Origin: Bacteroidota bacterium
Lineage (GTDB): Bacteria; Bacteroidota; Ignavibacteria; Kapaibacteriales; UBA2268
Direction: 5' to 3'
DNA length: 64,000 bases
Assembly (NCBI GenBank): GCA_040264895.1
Contig: JBDQHL010000001.1
Span: 15,060 to 79,059 of the forward strand
Position 1 is the first letter of the stretch; each line of letters starts with the position of its first letter. The translations under genes were made by a program, and so were the position numbers. Positions 40,963 to 49,666 of the stretch are shown here, piece after piece. The notes under the pieces were generated by a model. It did no database searches, was not told where the DNA came from, and saw only the letters and a program-made list of their open reading frames with translations.

Positions 40963-41796
40963 ATGAAATTAAAAATTGCAATACCCGACAATCCAATCTA
41001 TAGACAAATATTTTTTAACGCTGAGTCTGTCTGCAAGGAGTTTGGAGCAACTTTGATTAAAACATCCGAAAGAGAAGTAGCTAAACTGTTTGAAGAAAAC
41101 AAGGTAGATGTCGCATTTCTGACACCTAAGGACTATGGTCGTGGTACTCGAATTTCTGATTATCGTATAGTCCCCGCTACTTGCTTAGCTGTAGAAGGCT
41201 ACAGTCGCTATGCTTCAGTTTATTTCAAACAAGGACTCAGAACCATTAAGTCTGCTGGTAGCCCTACTCCTGATGATTTTATGATGAATATTGGAAAAAT
41301 TCTGCTAGCTGAGAGATATTCTATATCAGTGGATTTGGAGAAAACAGACAAAACCACAGTAGATGACATATTAGAAAATAATGACGCTGCAATTCTATGG
41401 AAAAAAAACTTCCTTGGTGATGTAGCTATGGATATCACAGAAGACTGGTTCGACTCCTACAGAATCCCTTTGGTACTAGGGACATGGGTAGTCCGACATC
41501 AAGAAGAACCAGAAGCACTTGACAAAATGCTCAAATTATTCGAATCTGATTCACTGCATGGGAGGACAACAGTTACTGATAAGCCAGGCGAAGAAATGGA
41601 GCCAAGAGAAGGTAAGCTAATTCACGAATGGAGTGATGAAATTGAAAAATCATTCGATACCTTGCTCGAGATATTATTCTATCACCAATTCACAAATGAG
41701 TTGGCTACAGTAAAAATGGTGGGTGATGAAATAGGCAGCCCAACTGAAGATTCTACTATGTTCAATCAGGGCCATAAGGAAGACGAGAATCAATAA
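40963..41796 (+). CDS. MqnA/MqnD-family periplasmic-binding-fold protein (putative futalosine-pathway enzyme)
   Basis: 277 aa. The layout resembles MqnA (VDVAFLTPKDY...YRIVPATCLAVEGYSRYASVYF). This is a family-level resemblance only. Confidence 0.5.
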   Translation: MKLKIAIPDNPIYRQIFFNAESVCKEFGATLIKTSEREVAKLFEENKVDVAFLTPKDYGRGTRISDYRIVPATCLAVEGYSRYASVYFKQGLRTIKSAGSPTPDDFMMNIGKILLAERYSISVDLEKTDKTTVDDILENNDAAILWKKNFLGDVAMDITEDWFDSYRIPLVLGTWVVRHQEEPEALDKMLKLFESDSLHGRTTVTDKPGEEMEPREGKLIHEWSDEIEKSFDTLLEILFYHQFTNELATVKMVGDEIGSPTEDSTMFNQGHKEDENQ

Positions 41797-42415
41797 ATAG
41801 AAGATAGCTACCGCTTAGCAGTTCAATCTTTATATTATCTGTAATAGCAAAGTTTCTTGCACCTTCTCTTATTCCCATTTGCAATTCCTCGCTGTGAAGC
41901 TCCCAGTTCAGGCCTCTTGTTTTTAACTTGGCACTTGGATAAGGAATCAACGACACAAGTTCATCTTTCTTAATATTTAGTTCAATGTCATTTGTTATGT
42001 AATAGCAATATCGATGCTGGTGATATACAATTATATTCATCTCTCTTGTAAACTTTATTATTATACTTATGTTGTTCACAGTGTGCTCTAACAATCCGCC
42101 TGTGAAGCCGATTATCAGTATATTTCTATACCCCAATTGCTGGGCATATCTAACACACTTTTCAAAATCATTAGTATTCTGATTCGGAATTTCAATAAAT
42201 TCCGTGTGTTCGGTGTTATGCTTTTCCGTAACGGAGTCCATATCACCTACTATTGCATTTGGGTTTATCCCCAAAGAATAGAGACGATTATAAGCTCCAT
42301 CGGCAGCAATAAGTGGTATGTCAACCAAGCTGTCAAATACCTCTTGTTCAGGTATTTCACCATTTAGGCATATTACTGCATCAAATTTCTTATTTTTGAA
42401 ATTGTAATGTTTCAT
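41762..42415 (-). CDS. thiamine pyrophosphokinase
   Basis: 217 aa with the motifs ICLNGEIP, IAADGAYNRL, VGDMDSV, NQNTNDFEKC and IIGFTGGLLEH. Confidence 0.85.
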   Translation of the reverse strand: MKHYNFKNKKFDAVICLNGEIPEQEVFDSLVDIPLIAADGAYNRLYSLGINPNAIVGDMDSVTEKHNTEHTEFIEIPNQNTNDFEKCVRYAQQLGYRNILIIGFTGGLLEHTVNNISIIIKFTREMNIIVYHQHRYCYYITNDIELNIKKDELVSLIPYPSAKLKTRGLNWELHSEELQMGIREGARNFAITDNIKIELLSGSYLLFIDSRLPYGPD

Positions 42416-42435
42416 ATTCTAAATCTAATATATTT

Positions 42436-42912
42436 ATGTACGATTTGCTATTAAAACAGCTACCACACGTATTGGAAGGCGAAAAGAACGCCATCACAAA
42501 CTTAGCTAATTTCTCTGCCCTTTTGTTCAACTCTATGGATAACGTCAACTGGGTTGGCTTCTATTTATACGATGGAAAAGAGCTTGTTCTTGGACCATTC
42601 CAAGGGAAACCAGCATGTGTTAGATTACAGTTAGGCAAAGGTGTTTGCGGAACCTCTTTCCAAAATAATGAAACACTTGTAGTAGCTAATGTAGATGAAT
42701 TTCCCGGTCACATTGCCTGCGATGCAGAATCTAAATCTGAAATTGTAATTCCATTAGAATACAAAGGAAAACTCTATGGTGTTCTTGACATAGACAGCCT
42801 AATTAAAAGTAGATTTGATTCTGAAGATAAATTAAACTTAGAGAAGTTAGTCCTATCATTAATTAGCAATTCTGATATAGAAAACCTGACTAGAATTTAC
42901 TCAATTAAGTAG
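42436..42912 (+). CDS. msrC: GAF-domain free methionine-(R)-sulfoxide reductase (fRMsr / YebR-like)
   Basis: 158 aa. NWVGFYLY...GPFQGKPACVRL..GKGVCG...FPGHIACD carries the three conserved Cys positions of fRMsr. Confidence 0.85.
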   Translation: MYDLLLKQLPHVLEGEKNAITNLANFSALLFNSMDNVNWVGFYLYDGKELVLGPFQGKPACVRLQLGKGVCGTSFQNNETLVVANVDEFPGHIACDAESKSEIVIPLEYKGKLYGVLDIDSLIKSRFDSEDKLNLEKLVLSLISNSDIENLTRIYSIK

Positions 42913-43000
42913 CTAGGCTAATTGAATGTTAACTTTTCAATAGCGTATTCGTACCGTGATGTAAATTTGTACCTTATTATTAAATAAATACAGAAAGAAT

Positions 43001-43474
43001 ATGAAATTCATAGTAGCAGGACAAAAAAAAGAATCTTGGTTTTACAACAAGAAGAATAGAATAATTTATGCTGTAATAGCTTCATTGATATCCCCTTTTG
43101 TATTAGCAACGGGAGAATCTTTTGAATGGAAGTCGATTATATGGACAATGATTCTATTCGCTGGATTTGAATTAATAATTCACAAGACCAACAAAGAGGA
43201 AAAAGCTGATGGAATGATCACTTTAGAATTTCTCGATGATATAATATCGATAAAATTTTTCAGTGGAGATGTAGTAGAAATTCCTCACAACCAGATTCAA
43301 GCGATCCACAAAGATGTAACCAAAATAGTAATAGATGTGAAAAATAAGGATTTTGTCTATACTATTCCTTACTCATTCTTTTCATATAATGACCTACAAA
43401 AAATTAAAAAGGAAGTTGACAGAATAAGTAAGAAAATTTCAACCCAACCAAAAGAAAACCCTGCATTCAATTAA
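43001..43474 (+). CDS. hypothetical membrane protein
   Basis: 157 aa with two N-terminal TM segments and a soluble C-terminal domain. No motif recognised. Confidence 0.45.
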   Translation: MKFIVAGQKKESWFYNKKNRIIYAVIASLISPFVLATGESFEWKSIIWTMILFAGFELIIHKTNKEEKADGMITLEFLDDIISIKFFSGDVVEIPHNQIQAIHKDVTKIVIDVKNKDFVYTIPYSFFSYNDLQKIKKEVDRISKKISTQPKENPAFN

Positions 43475-43511
43475 GAATACAGGGCTCTAATTTTCGCAAT
43501 ATAGAATTTGT

Positions 43512-44129
43512 TTATTTCTTTGCGTATTTAACACCACAACCATAAGGCTTCTGTGTCTTTACTTTCACTACTTTCCCATTCATTGTAGCATCCAAAGCAT
43601 CCGCAACCAAATTGTCTGCTTTCTCAATGTCCGCTTGGTCTGCACTTGCAATATTATCGATAGCACCTAAGTAAATAACCTCTTGATCTGGGTTGATTAC
43701 AGCCATATCTGGAGTAGTCTTTGCATTGTACATGTGTCCTACTTCACCACTTTCATCAATCAAGTAAGCCGTTTCTGCTGTTTCTAACTCTTCTTGTCTT
43801 TCGTCTAATTCTTCTTTTGTGAAGTTACCTTGTTTACCTTCAGCGGAAGAACAAACAGCTAACCAAACTACACCTTTCTCTGTGTATTTTTCTTGTAGTT
43901 CTTGCATATTGCCAGACTCATAGTGCTTCTTAACAAATGGACAGTCATAATTTATCCACTCCAATACTACATATTTACCAGCAAAATCAGACAAGCTATG
44001 CTCTACTCCATCTTTGTCTTTTAGAGTAAAGTTCGGTGCTTTTTCACCTACTTTAGCGTGCTCATGTGCGAAAGTCATAACTGATGCAGCCATTATTAAT
44101 GCTGCTATTAAAATTGATATTTTTCTCAT
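43512..44129 (-). CDS. secreted thioredoxin-fold (redoxin / AhpC-TSA-like) protein
   Basis: 205 aa with a signal peptide. APNFTLKDKDGVEHSLSDFAGKYVVLEWINYDCPFVKKHY is a thioredoxin-fold active-site region. Confidence 0.75.
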   Translation of the reverse strand: MRKISILIAALIMAASVMTFAHEHAKVGEKAPNFTLKDKDGVEHSLSDFAGKYVVLEWINYDCPFVKKHYESGNMQELQEKYTEKGVVWLAVCSSAEGKQGNFTKEELDERQEELETAETAYLIDESGEVGHMYNAKTTPDMAVINPDQEVIYLGAIDNIASADQADIEKADNLVADALDATMNGKVVKVKTQKPYGCGVKYAKK

Positions 44130-44140
44130 ATCATCTACCT

Positions 44141-44959
44141 TTATTTATAATTAATAATTGTTTCATAAGATTTCTTTTTTCCTTTCTTATCCTTATATAA
44201 AACCAATAGTTCCAACTCTGCGGGAGTAGAATCAATATATGGGCTAACGCTCATTTCTGCTTCAACTTCATCTCTATCGTTTTCAATTTCTACCGGCTTG
44301 TTGTTATCTATTACACCCTCGGTTATTAGGTAAATATCTTCAACTTCAGCCATATCTTTGGGTCTGTCTTTTAGTTCGATAGACAGCTCTTCGTCCTCTA
44401 TTTCAAAAGTAGAGTTAGGAGATTCAAAACTCTTTGGAGCAGAGGCTAAAAGTTCATTAACCAACATATCTGAACTGCTTTTCTTAAACTGATTTCCAAC
44501 AGCTATCTCTATATTAACTGACTCGTCTTGAGGAATACAGATTTCTTTGCAAACTAACCAAGACAAGTCCGCTTTAATCTTAATGCTTTCTAACTTTGTT
44601 GCTCTGTCAGTAGTGAATTTCTGTAATAGATAAACCTCACCTTCCAAACCATAGTTTATCATTCCTGAGTATTCTATTCGCTTAGGAATTTGCCATATTA
44701 GACCACCAGATTTTTTTACTCCATCGGGGGTGTTCCAATCTATGTGAGTAGGCAAACCCGAATCACCGGGGTTCTTCCAATACACATGCCATTCATCCCC
44801 AACTTTCAGTTTCACTAATACGTAGAAATTACCGCCAATCTGAATTTGTTCAACATTGGAGGCAATTGAGACTTCAATAAGGTCATCGTAGTTTTCTTCT
44901 GAAAGAGAAAATTTAAAAGCTAGTAATATTCCTAACAATAGGACTAAGGTTTTTTTCAT
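44141..44959 (-). CDS. DsbD N-terminal (alpha) domain-like secreted protein
   Basis: The start at MKKTLVLLLG gives a signal peptide. The motifs WHVYWKNPGDSGLPTHIDW and LSWLVCKEICIP are typical of the DsbD-alpha-like family. Confidence 0.7.
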   Translation of the reverse strand: MKKTLVLLLGILLAFKFSLSEENYDDLIEVSIASNVEQIQIGGNFYVLVKLKVGDEWHVYWKNPGDSGLPTHIDWNTPDGVKKSGGLIWQIPKRIEYSGMINYGLEGEVYLLQKFTTDRATKLESIKIKADLSWLVCKEICIPQDESVNIEIAVGNQFKKSSSDMLVNELLASAPKSFESPNSTFEIEDEELSIELKDRPKDMAEVEDIYLITEGVIDNNKPVEIENDRDEVEAEMSVSPYIDSTPAELELLVLYKDKKGKKKSYETIINYK

Positions 44960-45146
44960 ATAGAATTCCATTTTTATAACATTACGTATTCTATTTAAAA
45001 AAATTTCAAGTTTATTTAATGTATATACGAAAACTGCAACATTTGCGACTATTAAAAGTATTAAAAAATGTAGTAGTGATTAATTGATAAATCAATAATT
45101 TTATTAAATTGACACTTGTAATAAATTTATATTAGGAGAAATATAT

Positions 45147-45707
45147 ATGGAATTGAAATACAGATTGTTAGATCATCCATTTTACCAAGCTTGGACTGCT
45201 GGTGAAGTAACTAAAGACCAATTGTCTAAGTATCACAAATCCTATGCTGAGTTCATAGAGCTTATGCCACAGTATTGGGATAAAATCAACAAAGCATTCA
45301 ACCAAGACACTGACTTGGCGAAAGAAGTTGTAGCAGACGAAAAATCGCACATACCACTTTGGGCTAACTGGTCTAACAAATTGCCAGTAACTGAAGGCCA
45401 CCCAAGAATGACAGAAGTGATAGAAGGAATGAACAATATGACTCCGAGCGAATTGCTTGGTGCTGTTCAAGCATTCGAAACTCAGCAACCAGAAGTAGCA
45501 GAGACTAAGAAAGCTGGTCTTCTTGAATTTTACGGCTTCGACGAAGGCGACACTAAGTACTTCGATGAGCACATGGAAGAAGAGGAGCATATCAACTATG
45601 GCACTATGCTAAAAGAAAAATTCGCTAACCAAGAAGAATACAAAGCAGGATTTGACAAAGGTTCTGAGCTATTCTACAACGGTTTGAACTTATTTGTAAA
45701 CTGCTAA
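45147..45707 (+). CDS. heme-oxygenase-like fold protein of the PqqC/TenA/CADD family
   Basis: 186 aa. The N-terminus LLDHPFYQAWTAGEVTKDQLSKYHKSYAEFIELMPQYW matches the HPFYxxWxxGxLTxxxLxxY pattern of CADD/PqqC-like di-iron proteins. Confidence 0.65.
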   Translation: MELKYRLLDHPFYQAWTAGEVTKDQLSKYHKSYAEFIELMPQYWDKINKAFNQDTDLAKEVVADEKSHIPLWANWSNKLPVTEGHPRMTEVIEGMNNMTPSELLGAVQAFETQQPEVAETKKAGLLEFYGFDEGDTKYFDEHMEEEEHINYGTMLKEKFANQEEYKAGFDKGSELFYNGLNLFVNC

Positions 45708-45737
45708 TAAAGCAATTACAAGTAATGCTTAACTTAA

Positions 45738-45768
45738 AACCAACTCTTTTCTAAGGGTTGGTTTTTTT
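45738..45768 (+). terminator. intrinsic terminator T1, left copy of a duplicated 31-nt element
   Basis: Sequence aaccaactcttttctaagggttggttttttt. The stem is ccaactctt/aagggttgg with one G-U pair, followed by T7. It matches 49377-49407 at 28 of 31 positions. Confidence 0.8.
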
Positions 45769-46082
45769 GTTATATTGGGAAAGTCAAAAATAAGAGTTTT
45801 AAAAACATAAGCGGCTAACGTTCGCATATCCATTACAAGAGAGAATATATTAACTAAATAACTATATTTATTTAGTGACTTAACTTCATCAATGGAATAT
45901 TGTTTTACGAAAGTAATAATTGTTTGATTTATGGATGGTTGGGCACAATAAAAAAAAGATACGAATCAATGAATAGACAACTAACCGAAATAAAACAAAA
46001 GAACACATTTGGGTTAGACCATTGTTCACCATAGAACATTTGATAAGTTAATTTAAAAAAATGAGTAGATTTGGATAAATTT

Positions 46083-47603
46083 ATGGATAAAAATGTAATC
46101 ATTATAGGATCTGGTGCTGGAGGTCTTTCTTCAGCAATTCTTCTAGCAAAAAAAGGCTATGATGTAACTGTAATTGAAAAAAATGATAGTTTTGGAGGTA
46201 GAGGTGGAGTATTTACTGCCAAAGGATTTCAATTTGATATGGGACCATCTTGGTACTTAATGCCAGATATTTTTGAACATTTCTATTCTCTTGTAGGAGA
46301 AAACATCAATGATTATTTTAGTTTAAAGAGACTTGATCCTTCTTACAAAATTTGGTTCGAAGAACAAAAAAATCCCATAGAAATGACATCTGATTTAAAA
46401 AAAGATGCCAAGCTATTTGAATCTTATGAGCCTGGGGTCATGAAGAAAATAAATGTTTACCTCAAAGAAGCAGCAGCAAAATATAATATTTCGAAAAACA
46501 CTTTTATTTATAAACCTTTTGATACTGTTTTAGATTTTTTTGACAGCAAAACGATATTTTTATGGACAAAATTCTCTGTCGTTTCCTCTTTACACAAGCA
46601 TATTGCAAAGTATGTAAAACATCCTTTGATTAGAAAAATCCTTCAATATCCTTTGCTTTTTTTAGGAACTTCACCATATAAAGCTCCAGCTGTATATTCT
46701 CTTATGAATCATATTGATTTTGAAATGGGTGTTTTTTACCCAATGGGTGGAATGACAAAAATATTTGAAACATTATACAGCATAGCTAAAAAAAATGGAG
46801 TTAAATTTGTGTTTAACAGTCCTGTAGATAAGATTATTGTAAAAGACAAAATAGCTGTTGGTGTGTCAACAAATGGAACAAATATTATGGCTGACATCAT
46901 TATTTCAAATGCAGATTATCAATTTACAGAAATGCAATTACTAGATAAAAAAAATAGACAGTTTTCTGAAAATTACTGGAATAGCAGAACCTTAGCTCCT
47001 TCTGGATTTATTATATATTTAGGTGTAAAAAAACAATTTAAAGAGCTAAAACATCATAACCTATTCTTTGCTGAGAAATGGAAGAAAAGTTTTGAAGATA
47101 TTTTTAAAGGTAAAACCCTTCCAGAAAGTCCGTCGTATTACATTTGTGCACCTAGTAAAACAGATCCATCTGTAGCACCAGAAGATTGCGAAAATCTTTT
47201 TGTTTTAGTACCAACAGCTACAAATTTAAAGCTTGATGAAAAAACCATTAAAAATTATAGAGATAAAATCTTAAACCACATGACCAAGACTATGAATTTA
47301 GAAGGTTTAGAAGAAAACATTATTTTTGAACGTATTTTTACTGGTCAAGACTTTTCTAAATATTACAATGCTTATAAAGGTACAGCGCTAGGTTTGGCTC
47401 AAAACCTAAGTCAAACAGCTGTTTTTCGTCCAAAAACTCATTCTAAAAAAGTAAAAAATTTATATTACACAGGAGCAAATACTAATCCTGGTATTGGTGT
47501 TCCTATGTGTATTATAAGTTCACAAATTGTTTACAAACGAATTCATGGTATTACGCACGGCGCACCATTATCTGTTGAAGATACAAAATTTGAAAATAAT
47601 TAA
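46083..47603 (+). CDS. phytoene-desaturase-family carotenoid desaturase (CrtD/CrtI-like)
   Basis: About 506 aa from the ATG at 46083. The FAD dinucleotide fold is NVIIIGSGAGGLSSAILLAKKGYDVTVIEKNDSFGGR. The C-terminal motif is YYTGANTNPGIGVPMCIISS. Confidence 0.88.
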   Translation: MDKNVIIIGSGAGGLSSAILLAKKGYDVTVIEKNDSFGGRGGVFTAKGFQFDMGPSWYLMPDIFEHFYSLVGENINDYFSLKRLDPSYKIWFEEQKNPIEMTSDLKKDAKLFESYEPGVMKKINVYLKEAAAKYNISKNTFIYKPFDTVLDFFDSKTIFLWTKFSVVSSLHKHIAKYVKHPLIRKILQYPLLFLGTSPYKAPAVYSLMNHIDFEMGVFYPMGGMTKIFETLYSIAKKNGVKFVFNSPVDKIIVKDKIAVGVSTNGTNIMADIIISNADYQFTEMQLLDKKNRQFSENYWNSRTLAPSGFIIYLGVKKQFKELKHHNLFFAEKWKKSFEDIFKGKTLPESPSYYICAPSKTDPSVAPEDCENLFVLVPTATNLKLDEKTIKNYRDKILNHMTKTMNLEGLEENIIFERIFTGQDFSKYYNAYKGTALGLAQNLSQTAVFRPKTHSKKVKNLYYTGANTNPGIGVPMCIISSQIVYKRIHGITHGAPLSVEDTKFENN

Positions 47604-48467
47604 ATGAAATATTTCTATTGGATTCTCAGTATAAGCAGACCTAGGTTTTGGCCCTATCTTGCAGGACCTTGGGCAGTCGGGATGGTCACTGCATCAGATT
47701 CTATAAAAGATTTTCAGAGCACTATGTTTTGGTCTGGTTTATTATTCTTTCTTTGGCCTGCCAACTTTATTCTTTATGGTATAAATGACTATGCAGATGG
47801 AGACACAGATCAATACAATCCAAAAAAGCAACAATATGAAAACCTTTACAATACAAAACAGAACAAACATTTATTAATTATACTTGCAGCTTTAGCTATA
47901 GTTTCTTTTGTATTTGTTTCCTATTTTCCAAGTTTTGAAGCTCAACTAGTTTTTGTATTATGGTTATTTTTATCTATTTTCTATTCCGTTCGTCCTTTAC
48001 GATTTAAAGCAAGGTTGTTTATAGATTCTCTTTCTAATTTACTTTATATTCTACCTGGAATTATGGCATTTTTAATTTTTCAACCCTTAGAAAATCTCTC
48101 TTGGCCTTTAGTTTTTGCAGCGTGGGTTTGGGCTATGGGAATGCACTTATTTTCTGCCTTACCAGACATTAGAGCAGATAAGGCCGCTAAAGTAAAGACA
48201 ACAGCTGTTTGGCTTGGTTTTAAAAAAGCCACTTTACTCACTTTGCTTTATTACAGTATAGCCGCATTACTTTGTGCAATGTATGCTAATATTTGGCTTG
48301 GTCTATTAGCATTCATTAGCTATTGTATTCCCACAGCTTATATCTATTTCACATCAAACACCCATGGTGTATTTCTTATTTACAAAAAATTTCCTTTTAT
48401 AAATTTAATCAATGGAGCAGCTCTATTCATCTACGTAATTTTCGAATACGACTTACTTATTTCTTAA
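47604..48467 (+). CDS. UbiA-superfamily prenyltransferase, lycopene-elongase (LyeJ/CrtEb)-like by context
   Basis: 287 aa with about 8 TM segments. Asp-rich motifs are NDYADGDTD and LPDIRADKAAKV. The ATG lies immediately after the upstream TAA. Confidence 0.75.
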   Translation: MKYFYWILSISRPRFWPYLAGPWAVGMVTASDSIKDFQSTMFWSGLLFFLWPANFILYGINDYADGDTDQYNPKKQQYENLYNTKQNKHLLIILAALAIVSFVFVSYFPSFEAQLVFVLWLFLSIFYSVRPLRFKARLFIDSLSNLLYILPGIMAFLIFQPLENLSWPLVFAAWVWAMGMHLFSALPDIRADKAAKVKTTAVWLGFKKATLLTLLYYSIAALLCAMYANIWLGLLAFISYCIPTAYIYFTSNTHGVFLIYKKFPFINLINGAALFIYVIFEYDLLIS

Positions 48468-48468
48468 A

Positions 48469-49206
48469 ATGAAAAAAATACAAACATATACATTGCTATT
48501 ATCATTTCTTATGGTGTTCATAGGATACTTTGCGTACACAGCTCGAAATGATTATTTCTCTATTATCCCAATGATTTTATTGGCTGTTCCTGCTTATATT
48601 GCCTTACTTAGAACAAACCTTCGAAAAGGGCTTATTTTTATACTTATTTTAAGCTGCTATGCCACTGGAATTGAAGCATTAAGTATTACTACATCTTTTC
48701 CTTATGGACCTTTTGAATATAATGCACAATTAGGGTACAAACTATTTGGTTTAGTTCCTTGGTCTGTAAGTCTTGGTTGGGTCCCATTAGTTATTGGGAC
48801 TGCTGCCATTAGTAGCTGGCTGTTTAAAATACGGAAAGCCCAGTTTTTAGCAAGTGTCTTCCTCTTGGTAGTATCAGATTTGGTAATAGATCCAGGAGCA
48901 GTATTAATGAATTTTTGGACTTGGACCAATCCGGGCTTATACTATACTATACCATTTTCAAATTATTTAGGATGGATTTTTTCTGCTGTTATTGGTGAGC
49001 TTTTATTGTTTTACTTAATACCCAAAAGTGATATTTCAAAGCTGCCCTATTATGCAACTTATACGCTGGCCTTAGGAAATGCTTTTTGGGTTGGTGTAAC
49101 TTTTAACGCCTCATACTGGATTCCGTGTATAATTGGTATAATCCTTCAAATTTTAATTTTAATAGCGCTATCAAAAACCAATGAACACCTAGCAATAAGT
49201 GAATAA
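48469..49206 (+). CDS. carotenoid biosynthesis membrane protein of the CruF / DUF422 (PF04240-like) type
   Basis: 245 aa with about 7 TM segments. The blocks FPYGPFEYNAQLGYKLFGLVPWSVSLGW and DLVIDPGAVLMNFWTWTNPGLYYTIPFSNYLGW match my memory of the CruF-type carotenoid 1,2-hydratase family. Confidence 0.7.
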   Translation: MKKIQTYTLLLSFLMVFIGYFAYTARNDYFSIIPMILLAVPAYIALLRTNLRKGLIFILILSCYATGIEALSITTSFPYGPFEYNAQLGYKLFGLVPWSVSLGWVPLVIGTAAISSWLFKIRKAQFLASVFLLVVSDLVIDPGAVLMNFWTWTNPGLYYTIPFSNYLGWIFSAVIGELLLFYLIPKSDISKLPYYATYTLALGNAFWVGVTFNASYWIPCIIGIILQILILIALSKTNEHLAISE

Positions 49207-49376
49207 CAGCGATAGGTAATGCCAAGCATTTATGTGTATCTTCCTTAGGTATAAAAGACAAAAAAAGTTCAACTACCACTGTTGACTATGCAGGCCGCTT
49301 TGAGGAGGAAAGCTGTAGAAATGATTTTTTTTAACCACAGTCGCTAATGCCCTTGGCTTTACACGCAGCTGAGGAC

Positions 49377-49407
49377 AACTAACCCTTTTCTTAGGGTTGG
49401 TTTTTTT
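49377..49407 (+). terminator. intrinsic terminator T2, right copy of the duplicated 31-nt element
   Basis: Sequence aactaacccttttcttagggttggttttttt. It has a stem and T7 run and matches T1 at 28 of 31 positions. Confidence 0.75.
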
Positions 49408-49440
49408 GGTACTAAACGGCATTATTAAATTATACCACCA

Positions 49441-49600
49441 CCTGTGCCCCTCTGGAGGAGCTTGTCACGTCTTCAGCGTGAGCTGGCAGAACTTGTTATG
49501 ACTGAGGAGGATTGATTTAACAATGTCCACCTCCGACTTTTGCTGTTATCAAAAGCCACCTCCGCCAGCGGAGAACAACCAAGTCTATTTTTGGTATTGT
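49441..49600. repeat. GC-rich hairpin-repeat tract C
   Basis: Elements are gcccctc-tg-gaggagc (49446-49461), cacg-tcttcag-cgtg, ...gactgaggaggattg, and ctccg-ccag-cggag (49560-49573). This is the same module order as tracts A and B. Confidence 0.7.
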
Positions 49601-49625
49601 TTTTTTTGTTATATTGGGGGAAAGG
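49578..49625 (+). repeat. degenerate third terminator-like copy plus an 18-nt exact repeat
   Basis: Weak stem accaa/ttggt (49578-49582 / 49591-95) followed by T8. The sequence tttttttgttatattggg at 49601-49618 is identical to 45762-45779. Confidence 0.7.
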
Positions 49626-49666
49626 TATAATAAATAAACTAAAAAGCTTATGCTGGCAACAATTGC

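Noticed and set aside
41762-41796. The 35-nt 3'-end overlap of the convergent MqnA-like and thiamine pyrophosphokinase genes as a regulatory feature.
   Set aside because: Short convergent overlaps are common in compact genomes. The acidic C-terminal tail of the MqnA-like ORF may simply be poorly constrained, and nothing in the sequence marks a specific signal.
49302-49314. The sequence gaggaggaaagc is reminiscent of the RNase P RNA GAGGAAAGTCC box.
   Set aside because: It lacks the GTCCGGGC continuation and every other conserved RNase P helix. It belongs to the purine-rich tail vocabulary of the local hairpin repeats.
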